A program made the translations under genes and the position numbers. From a virus (Duplodnaviria; Caudoviricetes): a stretch of 57,024 nt of DNA. The notes under the pieces are model-generated. The model did no database searches, had not been told where the DNA came from, and worked only from the letters and a program-made list of their open reading frames with translations. The stretch lies in the IMG/VR virus record IMGVR_UViG_3300048074_000019, positions 1 to 57,024 of that record. One strand, given 5' to 3'. Shown here in pieces: positions 9,791-24,308 of the stretch (position 1 is the first letter of the stretch; each line of letters starts with the position of its first letter).

Positions 9791-10041
9791 CAGTCACCCC
9801 AACTGACGCACTGAAGCACTACGCCCACGCCCTGCAGATAGCCGCCCCTCGCGAATGGGCGGCGTTTGTCGAGTGCTTCGACGCCTACGCCACCGATGTT
9901 ACCGTGGCGGTAACAAACGCCGAGCAGCATGAAATCCTCGTCGCGCAGGGTCGGGCCAAGGCCTTCCTGCATCTCTTGCGCTCGTTCCGCGAGTGCCACC
10001 TAAAACCCCAACCAGCCCCGCCCTCAGCCGGAAACGCCTGA
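9787..10041 (+). CDS. small protein upstream of the scaffold (Bbp19-like position)
   Basis: TTGA overlap; helical with AQGRA motif; typical pre-scaffold position. Confidence 0.65.
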   Translation: MTVTPTDALKHYAHALQIAAPREWAAFVECFDAYATDVTVAVTNAEQHEILVAQGRAKAFLHLLRSFRECHLKPQPAPPSAGNA

Positions 10042-10060
10042 GCGCACAAGGAGTTAGCAT

Positions 10061-11164
10061 ATGTCCACCACCGAAGGTTTGAAGCCGATCGACAACGCGA
10101 CCCAGCTTTCTGCCGATCCGAACGTCCGGGTTCCCGACCATGTCCGTGCAGCCGCGGCAGCCGCCGACGCGCTCCACAAGCAGGTCTACACGGCTCCGGA
10201 ACCAGCCCCGGCTGCGCCCTCGACGGCGCCGACCCCGGAGCAGATCGAGGCTGAGCGTGCCGCCCAGGAGGCAAACGCCGTCCGCCAGATGGAGCAGCAG
10301 CCTGCCCCGGCCCCCACCGAACAGCACCCGGCGCCGTCTGCCGCAGACCAGGATGTGACGGCGGAGGAGTGGCGGCACCGGTTCCTCTCAATGCAGGGCC
10401 GCTTCAATGCAGCCCAGCGCACGATCGGCTCGATGGAAGAGCAGATGAAGCAAATCGGGCAGGAGCTTGTCCACACCCAGAATATGCTGGCCCAGCAGCA
10501 GCCGACACCGACCGCGACCCATCAGGATCACGGAAATTTGATCACGGACGAGGATCGGGCCAACTACGGCGACGAGCTTATCGACCTCGCGCGCCGATCC
10601 GCCCTCTCTGCGGTCACGCCGGAACTCGAACAATTGCGGGCAGAAAACCAGCGGCTGACGGCCCGCGTCCAGACCACAAGCAAACGTGAACTGTTCGCGA
10701 CCCTGGACGGCGCCGTGCCGAACTGGCGCGCGATCAACGTTTCGCCGGAGTTCAAGCTCTGGCTGCGTTTACCAAATATTTACACCAACCAGCTACGTGG
10801 GAAGATGTTGAAGGACGCGGTCGACGGCGCTGATGCCCCGAAAGTGACCGCGCTCTTTCGAGACTTCCTCACGGAAGCAGCAGCTACGGGCAGGCAGGTG
10901 CCGTCCGCGCAGATCGAACAGCCGCCCCCGACGGCGGCTCCTCGAACCCCCGCGCTGGATTTGGACACCCTCGCAGCCCCCGGCAGGGCGAGGCCGGCAT
11001 CTGGTGACAGCCAGGTGCCCTCCGAGAAGCCAATCTATTCACGCGCCGACATTTCGAGGTTCTACGACGAGAAGCGTCGTGGGCTATGGGCGGGCCGAGA
11101 GGCTGACGCGGTAGCCTTCGAGAATGATCTCACCGCAGCACAACGAGAAGGGCGCATCCGGTAA
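10061..11164 (+). CDS. capsid scaffolding protein
   Basis: AAGGAG SD; coiled coil, WRHRFLSMQGRF, VPNWRAIN..F..WL, C-terminal AQREGRIR; directly upstream of the capsid gene. Confidence 0.8.
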   Translation: MSTTEGLKPIDNATQLSADPNVRVPDHVRAAAAAADALHKQVYTAPEPAPAAPSTAPTPEQIEAERAAQEANAVRQMEQQPAPAPTEQHPAPSAADQDVTAEEWRHRFLSMQGRFNAAQRTIGSMEEQMKQIGQELVHTQNMLAQQQPTPTATHQDHGNLITDEDRANYGDELIDLARRSALSAVTPELEQLRAENQRLTARVQTTSKRELFATLDGAVPNWRAINVSPEFKLWLRLPNIYTNQLRGKMLKDAVDGADAPKVTALFRDFLTEAAATGRQVPSAQIEQPPPTAAPRTPALDLDTLAAPGRARPASGDSQVPSEKPIYSRADISRFYDEKRRGLWAGREADAVAFENDLTAAQREGRIR

Positions 11165-11228
11165 ACCGGGGGCTTCTTCACGCACATGCGCACAGGCCCC
11201 CTATCAGTGAAGTGAAAGGGGCTTGGCC

Positions 11229-12239
11229 ATGTCCATTCCCAGTGCAGGTTTTCCCGGCGCATCGTCTGGCTCTACGCCGGCGATCTATCCGACCGGGTCA
11301 TCGGGCAACAGCCTCCAGTCGACCGGGTTCATCCCGGAAATCTGGTCGGGCAAGCTCGTCGAGAAGTTCTACGCGTCGACCGTGCTCGCCGCGATCTCGA
11401 ACACCGACTACGAGGGTGAGATCAAGAACAAGGGCGACCGGGTGAAAATCCGGACCAAGCCGACGATCTCGATCCACGACTACAAGTCCGATGGTCTGCT
11501 TGGGCTCGATCGCCCGACTGGCGGCACCGTCGAGCTTTACATCGGCAACGGCAAATACTTCTCGCTGATCCTCGACGACGTGATGGAAATTCAGAGCGAT
11601 CTGAATATCCTCTCCATGTGGTCGGACGACGCGGCGCAGCAGTTGAAGATCACCGTGGACAGCGACGTCCTCGACGGTATCGTCGGGCAGATGGCCAACG
11701 CCAACAAGGGTACGTCGGCGGGCGTCATCACCGGCAATATCAACCTCGGCGCCAAGGGTACCCCGCTCAGCGTGGTCTCCAAGAACCCGGGTGTCGGCGA
11801 CATCGAACTCCTCGACGTTCTGATGCGTATGGGCCAGGTGCTCGACGAACAGAACATCCCGGAGGTCGGCCGCTGGGTGGTCATGCCGTCGTGGGCGGGC
11901 CGCATGATCAAGCAGTCCGAACTGCGCCAGGCGTATCTGTCCGGCGACAGCGTGTCGATGCTGCGCAACGGCCGGCTGGGCATGGTGGATCGGTTCACGA
12001 TCTACATCTCCAACCTCCTGCCGAACAACAGCACCGACAGCGCGAACTTCGACGCTGGTGAATGGCCGATCTTTGCCGGTCATGCCCACGGCCTGACGTT
12101 CGCGTCGCAGATCAGCAAGGTGGAAACCCTGCGGTCGGAACTGACCTTCGGCCAAATCCTGCGCGGTCTGCAGGTCTATGGCTACCAGGTCGTCGACGGC
12201 AAGGCGCTGGTCCAGGCGCAGGTGACGCCGAACTCGTAA
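11229..12239 (+). CDS. major capsid protein (P22-coat-like family)
   Basis: FIPEIWSGKL..FY, NTDYEGEIKNKGDRVKIR, RGLQVYG; followed by a terminator. Confidence 0.92.
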   Translation: MSIPSAGFPGASSGSTPAIYPTGSSGNSLQSTGFIPEIWSGKLVEKFYASTVLAAISNTDYEGEIKNKGDRVKIRTKPTISIHDYKSDGLLGLDRPTGGTVELYIGNGKYFSLILDDVMEIQSDLNILSMWSDDAAQQLKITVDSDVLDGIVGQMANANKGTSAGVITGNINLGAKGTPLSVVSKNPGVGDIELLDVLMRMGQVLDEQNIPEVGRWVVMPSWAGRMIKQSELRQAYLSGDSVSMLRNGRLGMVDRFTIYISNLLPNNSTDSANFDAGEWPIFAGHAHGLTFASQISKVETLRSELTFGQILRGLQVYGYQVVDGKALVQAQVTPNS

Positions 12240-12261
12240 GCGGCGTTGTAAACCAATACTT

Positions 12262-12300
12262 AAGAGCCCCGGGGGTAAGTCTCCGGGGCTCTTTGCGTTT
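12262..12300 (+). terminator. intrinsic terminator after the capsid gene
   Basis: Stem AAGAGCCCCGG (12262-72) / CCGGGGCTCTT (12283-93) followed by TGCGTTT. Confidence 0.8.
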
Positions 12301-12311
12301 GTGGTGACCGC

Positions 12312-12710
12312 ATGTCTTCAGCCCTCGAAACGATCGACGATTACATCTCCGACGGGCGGGTCCTGTTGCAGGACGCGATCGCGCCGTACCGCTACACCGA
12401 CGCGCAGCTTGTTGTGGCCATGAACGTCACCCTGCTTGAAGGTCGGCGCGTCCGCCCGGATTTGTTCGTCTACAACCGAAACTGTGGCCCGACCGGTGTC
12501 CAGAGCTTCCAAGCGAAGGATGGCACCAAACTCGTCATGGAGGAGCAGTTCCGTCTCGCGTTCCTCCACGGCATGGTGGCGCATGCGCTGGAACGCGACC
12601 AGGAAGACATCCAGGATGCGCGCGCCGCGGCGTTCATGGGTATCTTCAATTCGCTGCTCGTCGGGCGCGGTCAGAATGCACTGCGGCCTCCGCAGGAACA
12701 GGGATCATAA
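12312..12710 (+). CDS. head-tail adaptor protein
   Basis: RVLLQD..YRYTD..L, RPDLF; position after the capsid gene. Confidence 0.7.
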   Translation: MSSALETIDDYISDGRVLLQDAIAPYRYTDAQLVVAMNVTLLEGRRVRPDLFVYNRNCGPTGVQSFQAKDGTKLVMEEQFRLAFLHGMVAHALERDQEDIQDARAAAFMGIFNSLLVGRGQNALRPPQEQGS

Positions 12711-12712
12711 TC

Positions 12713-13396
12713 ATGCCCATCAACAAGGTGGACTTCGAGCAACTGATGAACCAGGCCCGCGTCACGCTCGTGGGCTCGTCGGATGCTGGCTTGAAGGGAG
12801 CCTTCTACGATGTGGTGTCGGAATTTTTGAACGACAGTTCGGCCTGGACCCAGGACGTAATCGTCAATGCTATCCCGACCCGTCGCGAGTATCCGCTCGT
12901 TGTCGCAGAGGGGCAGATCATCCGTCTCGTCGGCGTCACCACGCCACCCAACGTAGAAGGTGCGCAAGTCAACAGCCAGGTCCCCGCGGGTGTCTTTATC
13001 CCCGCTCTGATGCCGGCGGTTGGCACCATCATCCTGCAGCACGCCCCGACCACGAACACAACCTATCTCGCGACTGTCGTCACCAATGTGTCCCTGCCGA
13101 CCGACCGCAACGCGATCCCGTTGGGCCCGGATTGGCTCCTGCCGCTCTGGCACGTCGGCTTGCTTGACGGCTTGCTCGGCAAGATGATGACCCAACCGGG
13201 GAAGAGCTACTCGAACACAGCGACCGGTGCATACCATCTGAAACGGTTCCGGGATGCGATCGCGCGCGCTCGGGTGAGCAAGCTGCGCGCCAACACGAAC
13301 GGTGCGCAGGCGTGGCGCTTCCCGCAACAGTTCCGGAGCAATACCCAGCGCGGAGGCATTCCGTCGACGGGCAGCACGAATGAGAGGACCTTCTGA
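12713..13396 (+). CDS. adaptor / tail tubular-like virion protein
   Basis: GLLGKMMTQPGKSYSN motif; position. Confidence 0.65.
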   Translation: MPINKVDFEQLMNQARVTLVGSSDAGLKGAFYDVVSEFLNDSSAWTQDVIVNAIPTRREYPLVVAEGQIIRLVGVTTPPNVEGAQVNSQVPAGVFIPALMPAVGTIILQHAPTTNTTYLATVVTNVSLPTDRNAIPLGPDWLLPLWHVGLLDGLLGKMMTQPGKSYSNTATGAYHLKRFRDAIARARVSKLRANTNGAQAWRFPQQFRSNTQRGGIPSTGSTNERTF

Positions 13397-13770
13397 TGGC
13401 CCAGACCGCTGCATGTGTCGACATCATCGCGAGCAACAACGCCACTCTTGCCGACGCCTTCCGCTTCGGTACGGAGGGTGACACGTCTTGGAGTTTCACC
13501 GGGTGTACGTTCGAGATGGAGATCAAAGCGAGCCGCGACGACGACACGCCATTGCTCGTCCTCACATCGAGTGCGAGCGAGATCATTGTTGACGATGTCG
13601 TGCAGCGGGTGCTTCACCTCAATGTCACACCCGTCGCGCTGCGCGCTGCGCTCCCGGTTGGGGAATATGTCTACGATCTATTGATGTCGGACGACAGCAC
13701 GCCCGACCCGATCATCACGCTCCTCATGCAGGGGGTTTTCTGCCTGAAGCAAGGCGTCACGGAGGTTTAA
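13396..13770 (+). CDS. virion structural protein (BppU-N/Ig-like)
   Basis: [19 protein letters not shown]; TGATG coupling. Confidence 0.6.
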   Translation: MAQTAACVDIIASNNATLADAFRFGTEGDTSWSFTGCTFEMEIKASRDDDTPLLVLTSSASEIIVDDVVQRVLHLNVTPVALRAALPVGEYVYDLLMSDDSTPDPIITLLMQGVFCLKQGVTEV

Positions 13771-13771
13771 G

Positions 13772-18015
<4,244 letters not shown>

Positions 18016-18050
18016 GCCACTCCGGATAAGCCGCTGGAAGGAGAACGGTC

Positions 18051-18350
18051 ATGCTGCTCGGACGCAAGGTTCACGGTGCAGGCGATCACATCCGCTACGT
18101 GATCGACTACTCAAATTGGCTGGAGGAAGGCGAAAGCCTGTCCGACGGCGACGTGGTGCTCGCGCCGGAATTTACCGCCACGGTAACCGACGTGATTGTC
18201 GGAACCGCCGCGGCAACGCCGTCCAACTGCCTCGTGTTTATGCTGTCTGGCGGCTCTGCTAACGAAGTCTTTACCCTAAACGTGCAGGCTACGAACAGCC
18301 GCGCCGAGGTCAAAAACGACACGATCGATTTCACCGTCGTCGCTCCCTAA
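18051..18350 (+). CDS. fibre-tail adaptor protein
   Basis: AAGGAG SD; RYVIDYSNWLEEGESL, LSGG motif. Confidence 0.7.
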   Translation: MLLGRKVHGAGDHIRYVIDYSNWLEEGESLSDGDVVLAPEFTATVTDVIVGTAAATPSNCLVFMLSGGSANEVFTLNVQATNSRAEVKNDTIDFTVVAP

Positions 18351-18373
18351 CCTTGAACCCAGCGAGCTTGATC

Positions 18374-19045
18374 ATGGAACCGGCCTCCATTCGATATAAG
18401 AACCCCGGCGCAATGTGGGGTGGCAATGCCATCTCGAAGAAGTGGGGCGAGATCGGCAATGTCGTCCTCAACGACGGGATGAAACAGGGCAACCGGATCG
18501 CAGTCTTCCCGAATTTCGTTCAGGGTATCTGCGCTCAGATCGACTTGTGGCGCTCGGCGCGCTATCGCAACAAGCGCTTCGCCGACGCGATCGCGATCTG
18601 GTCGGGTGGCAACTGGGTCCCCTCCTACATCAAGTTCGTGAAGGATCGCGTACCCGGCATGACCGAGGACACGATCATCAACGACAAGTTCCTGAACAGC
18701 GCCATGGGCATCAAGTTCTTGCAGGCGCAGGCCTGGCACGAAGCTGGCAAACCATACCCGGCTCCCGCTGCGGACTGGGTCACTGCGCAGCGGCGCGTAT
18801 TCTCCGGTGTCGCGAGTGCGCCGGTGAAGAAGACGGCAACGTCCATCGGTTCCGGCGCCGGTGCTGCGGTCACCGCATCGCAGAACGGGATGTCCCCCGC
18901 AACGGCAATCGGGATCGGTGTCGCGGTCGCGGTCGGCGTCGCGATTGCGTTCGTGATCTACAAGCTCTACACCGAGTACAAGATGAAGGTAGCAGCGGAG
19001 CAGGCGACACCGCCGGCTGCCCTGCCGCCCGCGGAGACGAAGTGA
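18374..19045 (+). CDS. lysozyme-like endolysin candidate with C-terminal transmembrane segment
   Basis: IRYKNPGAM (R-x-x-NPG lysozyme-like motif), IAVFP..G, AIAIWSGG; hydrophobic C-terminal helix; precedes two membrane genes. Confidence 0.65.
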   Translation: MEPASIRYKNPGAMWGGNAISKKWGEIGNVVLNDGMKQGNRIAVFPNFVQGICAQIDLWRSARYRNKRFADAIAIWSGGNWVPSYIKFVKDRVPGMTEDTIINDKFLNSAMGIKFLQAQAWHEAGKPYPAPAADWVTAQRRVFSGVASAPVKKTATSIGSGAGAAVTASQNGMSPATAIGIGVAVAVGVAIAFVIYKLYTEYKMKVAAEQATPPAALPPAETK

Positions 19046-19281
19046 TGTGGGCGTTCCTCAAAGACAAATTCTGGGAGTTCATCGCCTCGTTCCGCGATAG
19101 CGAGACCATCTGGTGGGCGCGTATTCAGACGGTTCTCGGACTTGTCGCCGGCGCTCTCATCATGATCGACCCGATGATGGTCCCGGGTTTGTCCCCGACG
19201 GCGGTTGTCGTCTGGATGATCTTCAACGGGATCGTGTCGGAGGTGCTCCGGCGCAACCGTGAGGACTGGAAGGATCAGTAA
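19045..19281 (+). CDS. membrane protein, holin/antiholin candidate (2 TM)
   Basis: 78 aa MWAFLKDKFW...; TGATG coupling. Confidence 0.65.
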   Translation: MWAFLKDKFWEFIASFRDSETIWWARIQTVLGLVAGALIMIDPMMVPGLSPTAVVVWMIFNGIVSEVLRRNREDWKDQ

Positions 19282-19718
19282 TGCTGACGGCGCTCCTCGC
19301 CTTCTTCCAGGCTCTCCCTGCCATCACTGGCGGCATCAACAATTTCACCACGCGCTACTATGACGCCAAGGTGCAGATCACCAAGGCGCGTATCGGCGGC
19401 GATGTGGAGGTGGCGAAGCAACTGGTGACAGGGCTGGTTGCCGAGGGCCAGACCCGCGTCGAGTTTCTGAAGACGGTCAGCCAGAGCAAATTCTTGATGG
19501 GGATCGTAGGCGGTTTTGCGCTCCCTTGGATCATCTACGAGTGGAAGGTGGTAGTGTGGGACAACATCTTCGCGATCGCAGTGTGGGGTGAGCCCGGGTT
19601 CACGCCGACGATTAAAGGCCTCGTCGCCGAATGGTCGGGGGTGATCCTCGCGGGTGTCTTTGGGACCGGCAGTGTGATGGCGGTTGGCCAGATGTTTTTC
19701 AACCGAAGGGAGCGATAA
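19281..19718 (+). CDS. holin-like membrane protein
   Basis: Three hydrophobic segments, WKVVVWD motif; TAATG coupling. Confidence 0.65.
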   Translation: MLTALLAFFQALPAITGGINNFTTRYYDAKVQITKARIGGDVEVAKQLVTGLVAEGQTRVEFLKTVSQSKFLMGIVGGFALPWIIYEWKVVVWDNIFAIAVWGEPGFTPTIKGLVAEWSGVILAGVFGTGSVMAVGQMFFNRRER

Positions 19719-19719
19719 G

Positions 19720-19971
19720 ATGTTCATGATCTCCGCGCTCGTTTACATCATCGTGGCAGGCGAACCCGTTATCGATGCGCCGTTACTGTTCAACCGGAAT
19801 GGGTCCTTCCCGACCCGGCAAGCGTGCGATGAATTTCTGAAGTCTCAGACATTCGCGGACGAGAAGTTTAAACTGGAGCAGTATGTGTATGCTGCCGCGC
19901 GCGAGGTCCAGCCTGATATCGTTCCGACGATTGCCAGCACCGCCTCCTGTGTGCCTGACCCCCGTCTATGA
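19720..19971 (+). CDS. hypothetical protein
   Basis: GGAG SD; FPTRQAC motif, two Cys. Confidence 0.6.
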   Translation: MFMISALVYIIVAGEPVIDAPLLFNRNGSFPTRQACDEFLKSQTFADEKFKLEQYVYAAAREVQPDIVPTIASTASCVPDPRL

Positions 19972-19983
19972 ACAGGAAGCCTT

Positions 19984-20580
19984 ATGTCACGCAAAAACAG
20001 ACCCTCCCCTTCACCGAAGGGCGAACTCAACGTGCCGACCACGGAGCATATCGCGCAGCCTCCGGCGGAACCCAACGCGCCTATTCAGGAGACGATTATG
20101 GAACTATCGCAGGAACCGACCCAGGAAGTATCCCAGGAGAAAGCCCCGGAAGTCACAGCGGAGCAGATCGACCCGACGGCCAAGGAGATGGCCGCCGCCG
20201 AAGAAGCAAACGCCGCCCGCGCTAAGGCGTTGCTTGCGCAAGAACAGGCCAAACTCGCCGCGGAAGCGGAAGAACCGCAGCCGCTGGTGTCGCTCGCGGC
20301 ACAGGGGCGCGAAGCCCTGATGGAAGGGCTGCGCAAACACGCCGAGAAGAAGCCGGCGGAATATGTCCCGCCGCCGCGCACGCCCCGCCAGATGGCGGCC
20401 CTCGAAGCCGAACTCGAAGCCGGGCGCCGGGCACAGAAGCGCGCTGCCGAACAACTTGCCGCTCGCCCCGTGCCGACGAAAGACCCTAACGAAGGCTTTA
20501 CCACTCCCGTGTACCGTCCCAACGACATGGTACCGGACCCCATTACAGGCGGTTACGGTCAGATCACCGCCGCGCAATGA
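19984..20580 (+). CDS. hypothetical A/E/P-rich protein
   Basis: Long ORF filling the gap before the tail gene. Confidence 0.65.
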   Translation: MSRKNRPSPSPKGELNVPTTEHIAQPPAEPNAPIQETIMELSQEPTQEVSQEKAPEVTAEQIDPTAKEMAAAEEANAARAKALLAQEQAKLAAEAEEPQPLVSLAAQGREALMEGLRKHAEKKPAEYVPPPRTPRQMAALEAELEAGRRAQKRAAEQLAARPVPTKDPNEGFTTPVYRPNDMVPDPITGGYGQITAAQ

Positions 20581-20587
20581 GGGCTAG

Positions 20588-23317
20588 ATGGCTGGGAAGC
20601 CCACGACCACGCAGACTACTCCCGACGCCTTCAAATTGCAGGAGTTCGGGGGTATGCTTCCCGGCTGGGATGATCACCTCATCCCGGACGGGCAGGCTGC
20701 GTCGTCGCTGAACGGGTATCTGTTCAATGGCAACCTAGCTGGCTGGCGCACGCCGAAACTACTTCACACGCTGGATAATCCTGCGGCGAAGTTCGCCTAT
20801 CGCCTGCCGCTGACCAGCGAGAACATCGCCACCGCGATCATCTACGTGCTCGCGAAGCCGGTGGACGGTGACAAGGTGACGTTGGGCGAAGAGGTCTACA
20901 CGTTCCGTGACATCGTCGAGGAGGCATACGACGTCCTCATCGGTGCCGACGACGTCGAGGCGGTCACGCATCTGTTTCAGGCTTTCACCGCGGATGATGG
21001 GCAGAACACCAATGCTGGCACGAATTATGGCGTGGGTACGATCCGCAATCCGGCGATCAATCAGCATGAGCCGGTTACGACGAACATCCTCGCCACCGAC
21101 ATCCCGCGTATTCGGGTCTACGCCCCCGACACCGGTGCGGCATACAACTCCACGCGCGTTGCGGCCACCGACGCTTCCCGCCTCGAATGGCGCTACAACG
21201 ACGTCGCAACCCCCAACCTCCAGGGCGGCACCAACCTCTCCTTCGACGCTGCCATTAATGGCGCTAGCGTCTGGCTGGAGTTCGTTGACCCTGACACTGA
21301 TGTCATGCGCTCTCCAGTCGTGGATGATAGTTTTGAGCGATATTACTTCGCCTCCTCCTCGGTTGCGCCTACCTACAACACCAGAGCCCGGATCGAAGCC
21401 GGCGACCCCGCGTGGTTCCTAGGTGTCCCACCGCCGGGTTGCGCACCGGGCGTTGAAATCTCAGGCGGCGGCGATGCCGTCTCGCTCGGCTTCCCGAACT
21501 CGACGTCGGGCGGGACAACGTTCGAGCCTGGCGCAAACACGATCTATTTGATCCCGGTGACCTCGGACGGTGCAGTCGCACTGGACAGCGTTACGCTGCT
21601 GCCGCAGACGGACAGCGCGACGGCGCGTCTTGCCGCCCTGGTCTATGACGACGACAACGGTTCGCCGGGCACGCTGATGAACACCGGTGTGATCGTGACT
21701 GGCACCACCGCCGGCACGGAGATCACGCTTGCCTGGCAAAACCCGTCGGGCTTGCTCGCCAACGTCCAGTATTGGATCGGGTTCATGTGCGACACCGCGA
21801 TCGAGTTTGATCGGGGTACGGACACGGGCACGTCCGGCGTTCTCAGCAACAACACGTTCACGGGCGGCCCGCCGATTGTCTTGAACAACCTGACGATCGG
21901 GCAGGCCGAGCTTCGCCTAGTAGGCAACGGCACGTCGTCGGCGCTCCTCGAAGCGCGCAGCTACGTCTACACCTATGTGACCGAGTACGACGAAGAGAGC
22001 GCCCCGTCGCCAGCCACCGTACTCACCGGGTGGAGCAACGGGACGTGGACCGTCTCCCTGTTCACCCCGCCGCCGGATCAGATGGGTGTCACGCGCAACA
22101 TCAAGTTCACGCGCATCTACCGCACGGTGACGGCGCAGACCGGCGCGACGACGTACTTCTTTGTCGCCGAGGTTCCGGTGACGGACGCGACCTACGTCGA
22201 TGTGATCACCGACGATATAGTCGTGACGAACCTGCTGCTGCAGTCGCAGCTTTGGACGCCGCCGCCGGAGAACCTGCAGGGCATCCTCTCGATGCCGAAC
22301 GGGATGGCGGTGGGCTGGCGCGACAACGAGATTTGGTTCTGTGAACCGTACCGGCCGCACGCGTGGCCGTCGAGCTATGTGCTGACGACGGAGTACCCGA
22401 TCGTCGGCCTTGGTGTGACGGGCAACACTGTCGTCGCCTGTACGAACGGTGCGCCCTATCTCGCGTCCGGTGTTTCGCCGGGCTCGATGTCCGCAACGAA
22501 GATCGCGCACAGCGAACCCTGCCACTCGCGGGGCTCGATCCTCGGCAACAACGACGGGGTCTACTATTGCTCGCGCAACGGGCTGATCCTCGTTACCCAG
22601 CACGGCTCGGTCACGAACACGTCGGAGTTGTGGATCACTCGTGAGAAGTGGCAGCAACTCACCCCCCAGAAGAATGTCCGGGCGATCTTTCTTGCGTCCA
22701 GCTATTTCGCTATGGGGTGTGTCAGGAACGGAGATGTCAGTGTTGCTCAGCGGGGATTTACGATTGAACTCAATGCTGCTGACGCTCAAAGCTTCTCGAT
22801 CTGGCCGCAGCCGGGCGGGCATCGCATTGGATTTAACAAGCTCTCGGGGCCAAACGGCTTTGATGTTGATAACGTGCTTGTCGACGCGTGGTCGGGCTCC
22901 GGCTTGCTGGTCCAGAACGGCGGCGTATACTGGTATGACTTCGAAGACCAGGCGCCTGTCATGCAGACCTATGTCTGGAAATCGAAGCTGTTTCAGCAAA
23001 AGAGCAAGAAGAACCTTGAGGCCATGCGCATCTGGTTTTCAATCCCGGCGGGCACACCAGCGCTTAACCCGGAACGCCTTGAAGCGGACACGGATGACCC
23101 CATTTGGGAAAGTCTCCCGGCTGATCGCTACGGTTTCATTCGGGTCTACGCTGGCCCGGGCGTCCTAGTGACGACACGCGAGATCAGGGTGCCGCAGGAA
23201 ATCCTGCGTATCCTGTCTGGGTTCAAGTATGAGACCTGGCAGTTCGAGGTCGAGGCCCGCGTCCCGATCTCGAATATCCAGATCGGCACATCCGTGAAAG
23301 CATTGGCACAGCTATGA
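20588..23317 (+). CDS. tail nozzle / stabilisation protein
   Basis: 909 aa; RSYVYTYVT..EESAPSP, WTPPPENLQG..MPNG, FCEPYRPHAWP, YVWKSKLF. Confidence 0.8.
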   Translation: MAGKPTTTQTTPDAFKLQEFGGMLPGWDDHLIPDGQAASSLNGYLFNGNLAGWRTPKLLHTLDNPAAKFAYRLPLTSENIATAIIYVLAKPVDGDKVTLGEEVYTFRDIVEEAYDVLIGADDVEAVTHLFQAFTADDGQNTNAGTNYGVGTIRNPAINQHEPVTTNILATDIPRIRVYAPDTGAAYNSTRVAATDASRLEWRYNDVATPNLQGGTNLSFDAAINGASVWLEFVDPDTDVMRSPVVDDSFERYYFASSSVAPTYNTRARIEAGDPAWFLGVPPPGCAPGVEISGGGDAVSLGFPNSTSGGTTFEPGANTIYLIPVTSDGAVALDSVTLLPQTDSATARLAALVYDDDNGSPGTLMNTGVIVTGTTAGTEITLAWQNPSGLLANVQYWIGFMCDTAIEFDRGTDTGTSGVLSNNTFTGGPPIVLNNLTIGQAELRLVGNGTSSALLEARSYVYTYVTEYDEESAPSPATVLTGWSNGTWTVSLFTPPPDQMGVTRNIKFTRIYRTVTAQTGATTYFFVAEVPVTDATYVDVITDDIVVTNLLLQSQLWTPPPENLQGILSMPNGMAVGWRDNEIWFCEPYRPHAWPSSYVLTTEYPIVGLGVTGNTVVACTNGAPYLASGVSPGSMSATKIAHSEPCHSRGSILGNNDGVYYCSRNGLILVTQHGSVTNTSELWITREKWQQLTPQKNVRAIFLASSYFAMGCVRNGDVSVAQRGFTIELNAADAQSFSIWPQPGGHRIGFNKLSGPNGFDVDNVLVDAWSGSGLLVQNGGVYWYDFEDQAPVMQTYVWKSKLFQQKSKKNLEAMRIWFSIPAGTPALNPERLEADTDDPIWESLPADRYGFIRVYAGPGVLVTTREIRVPQEILRILSGFKYETWQFEVEARVPISNIQIGTSVKALAQL

Positions 23318-23661
23318 GCGCACCTATCTGTCACGTCCCGCCGCCGGACACCACGATCCCTCAACCGGGCGTGCGTGCCCTGCCGGCTATCCCCGTCGCG
23401 CAGCCGAACCTGCAGAGCTTGATGGCGACCGTGAACGCGTTGCGTCAGACGGTCAATATCCTGACCGGGCAGCAAGGGATCAATGGCGCGAACAACGCGA
23501 AGTCGGACAACAAGGGGCAGTGGGTCGAGGATCGTCGCACCACGGAGGTGGTCAAGGTCTACAACCCGGACGATCGCAGCCAGTTCATTGAGGTGGAGCG
23601 GATCAACCGGCTCGTGATGAAGGACAAGGGCACCAACCAGACGTGGACGTGGACGCGGTAA
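23314..23661 (+). CDS. virion hypothetical protein
   Basis: ATGA overlap; ALPAIP..VNALRQTVNILTG. Confidence 0.7.
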   Translation: MSAPICHVPPPDTTIPQPGVRALPAIPVAQPNLQSLMATVNALRQTVNILTGQQGINGANNAKSDNKGQWVEDRRTTEVVKVYNPDDRSQFIEVERINRLVMKDKGTNQTWTWTR

Positions 23662-24246
23662 ATGGCAGTCGACTTCTCCGAAGACTTCTTGCAGAAGATC
23701 ACCGCGATCAATTTCGGTGGGGGTGACTGGGTCCGCATCCAGCTAACGGGTACCATCAACGCGTTCGTCGAGACCAGGATGCGGGTTGACCTGCCGGATC
23801 AGTCCGGCGGCACCCCCGGCTTCTTCCTGTTCGACGGGACCGGGGTCGGTCATGGCGAAGCGTCGTACCTGATGCCGAGCAATCCCTCGACGGGCGCGAT
23901 CCGCATCACGAAGGCGATGCTGTCACAGAAGCTCAGCACCGGGGGCGGCTCCGAATTGACCGCGTTCGGATTTTACGATGCCCGGCCGTTCGCCATCCCG
24001 AACGTCCTGCTGTTCATCAAGCTCGATGGCAGTATGCCCGCGAGCCCGTTCCGCCTGCGCATCTCGATCGCCTACGATTTCGCGCTGACCGGGACCATGA
24101 TCGTGCAAACCATTAAGGGTAAAAGCATGGTACCCTTGGGGCAGCCGCCGGTATCGTCGGCCACCGTGGAGGGGCCGGATGATGGTTCCCCGCGGGACTT
24201 CCGGGTCGACCCGGATACCCTCCAGGTGACCCTCCTGCCGCCGTAA
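23662..24246 (+). CDS. hypothetical protein
   Basis: Abuts the upstream stop; 194-aa ORF. Confidence 0.65.
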   Translation: MAVDFSEDFLQKITAINFGGGDWVRIQLTGTINAFVETRMRVDLPDQSGGTPGFFLFDGTGVGHGEASYLMPSNPSTGAIRITKAMLSQKLSTGGGSELTAFGFYDARPFAIPNVLLFIKLDGSMPASPFRLRISIAYDFALTGTMIVQTIKGKSMVPLGQPPVSSATVEGPDDGSPRDFRVDPDTLQVTLLPP

Positions 24247-24261
24247 TTAACTACCCTTTAA
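24247..24261. promoter_or_regulatory. CtrA-like box TTAA-N7-TTAA upstream of the ejection-protein genes
   Basis: TTAACTACCCTTTAA in the intergenic gap, 47 nt before ATG 24309. Confidence 0.45.
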
Positions 24262-24308
24262 GGGCATGCTGTTAGGCGTGAGGGACCGCTATAGGGACGT
24301 TTTTTGCC

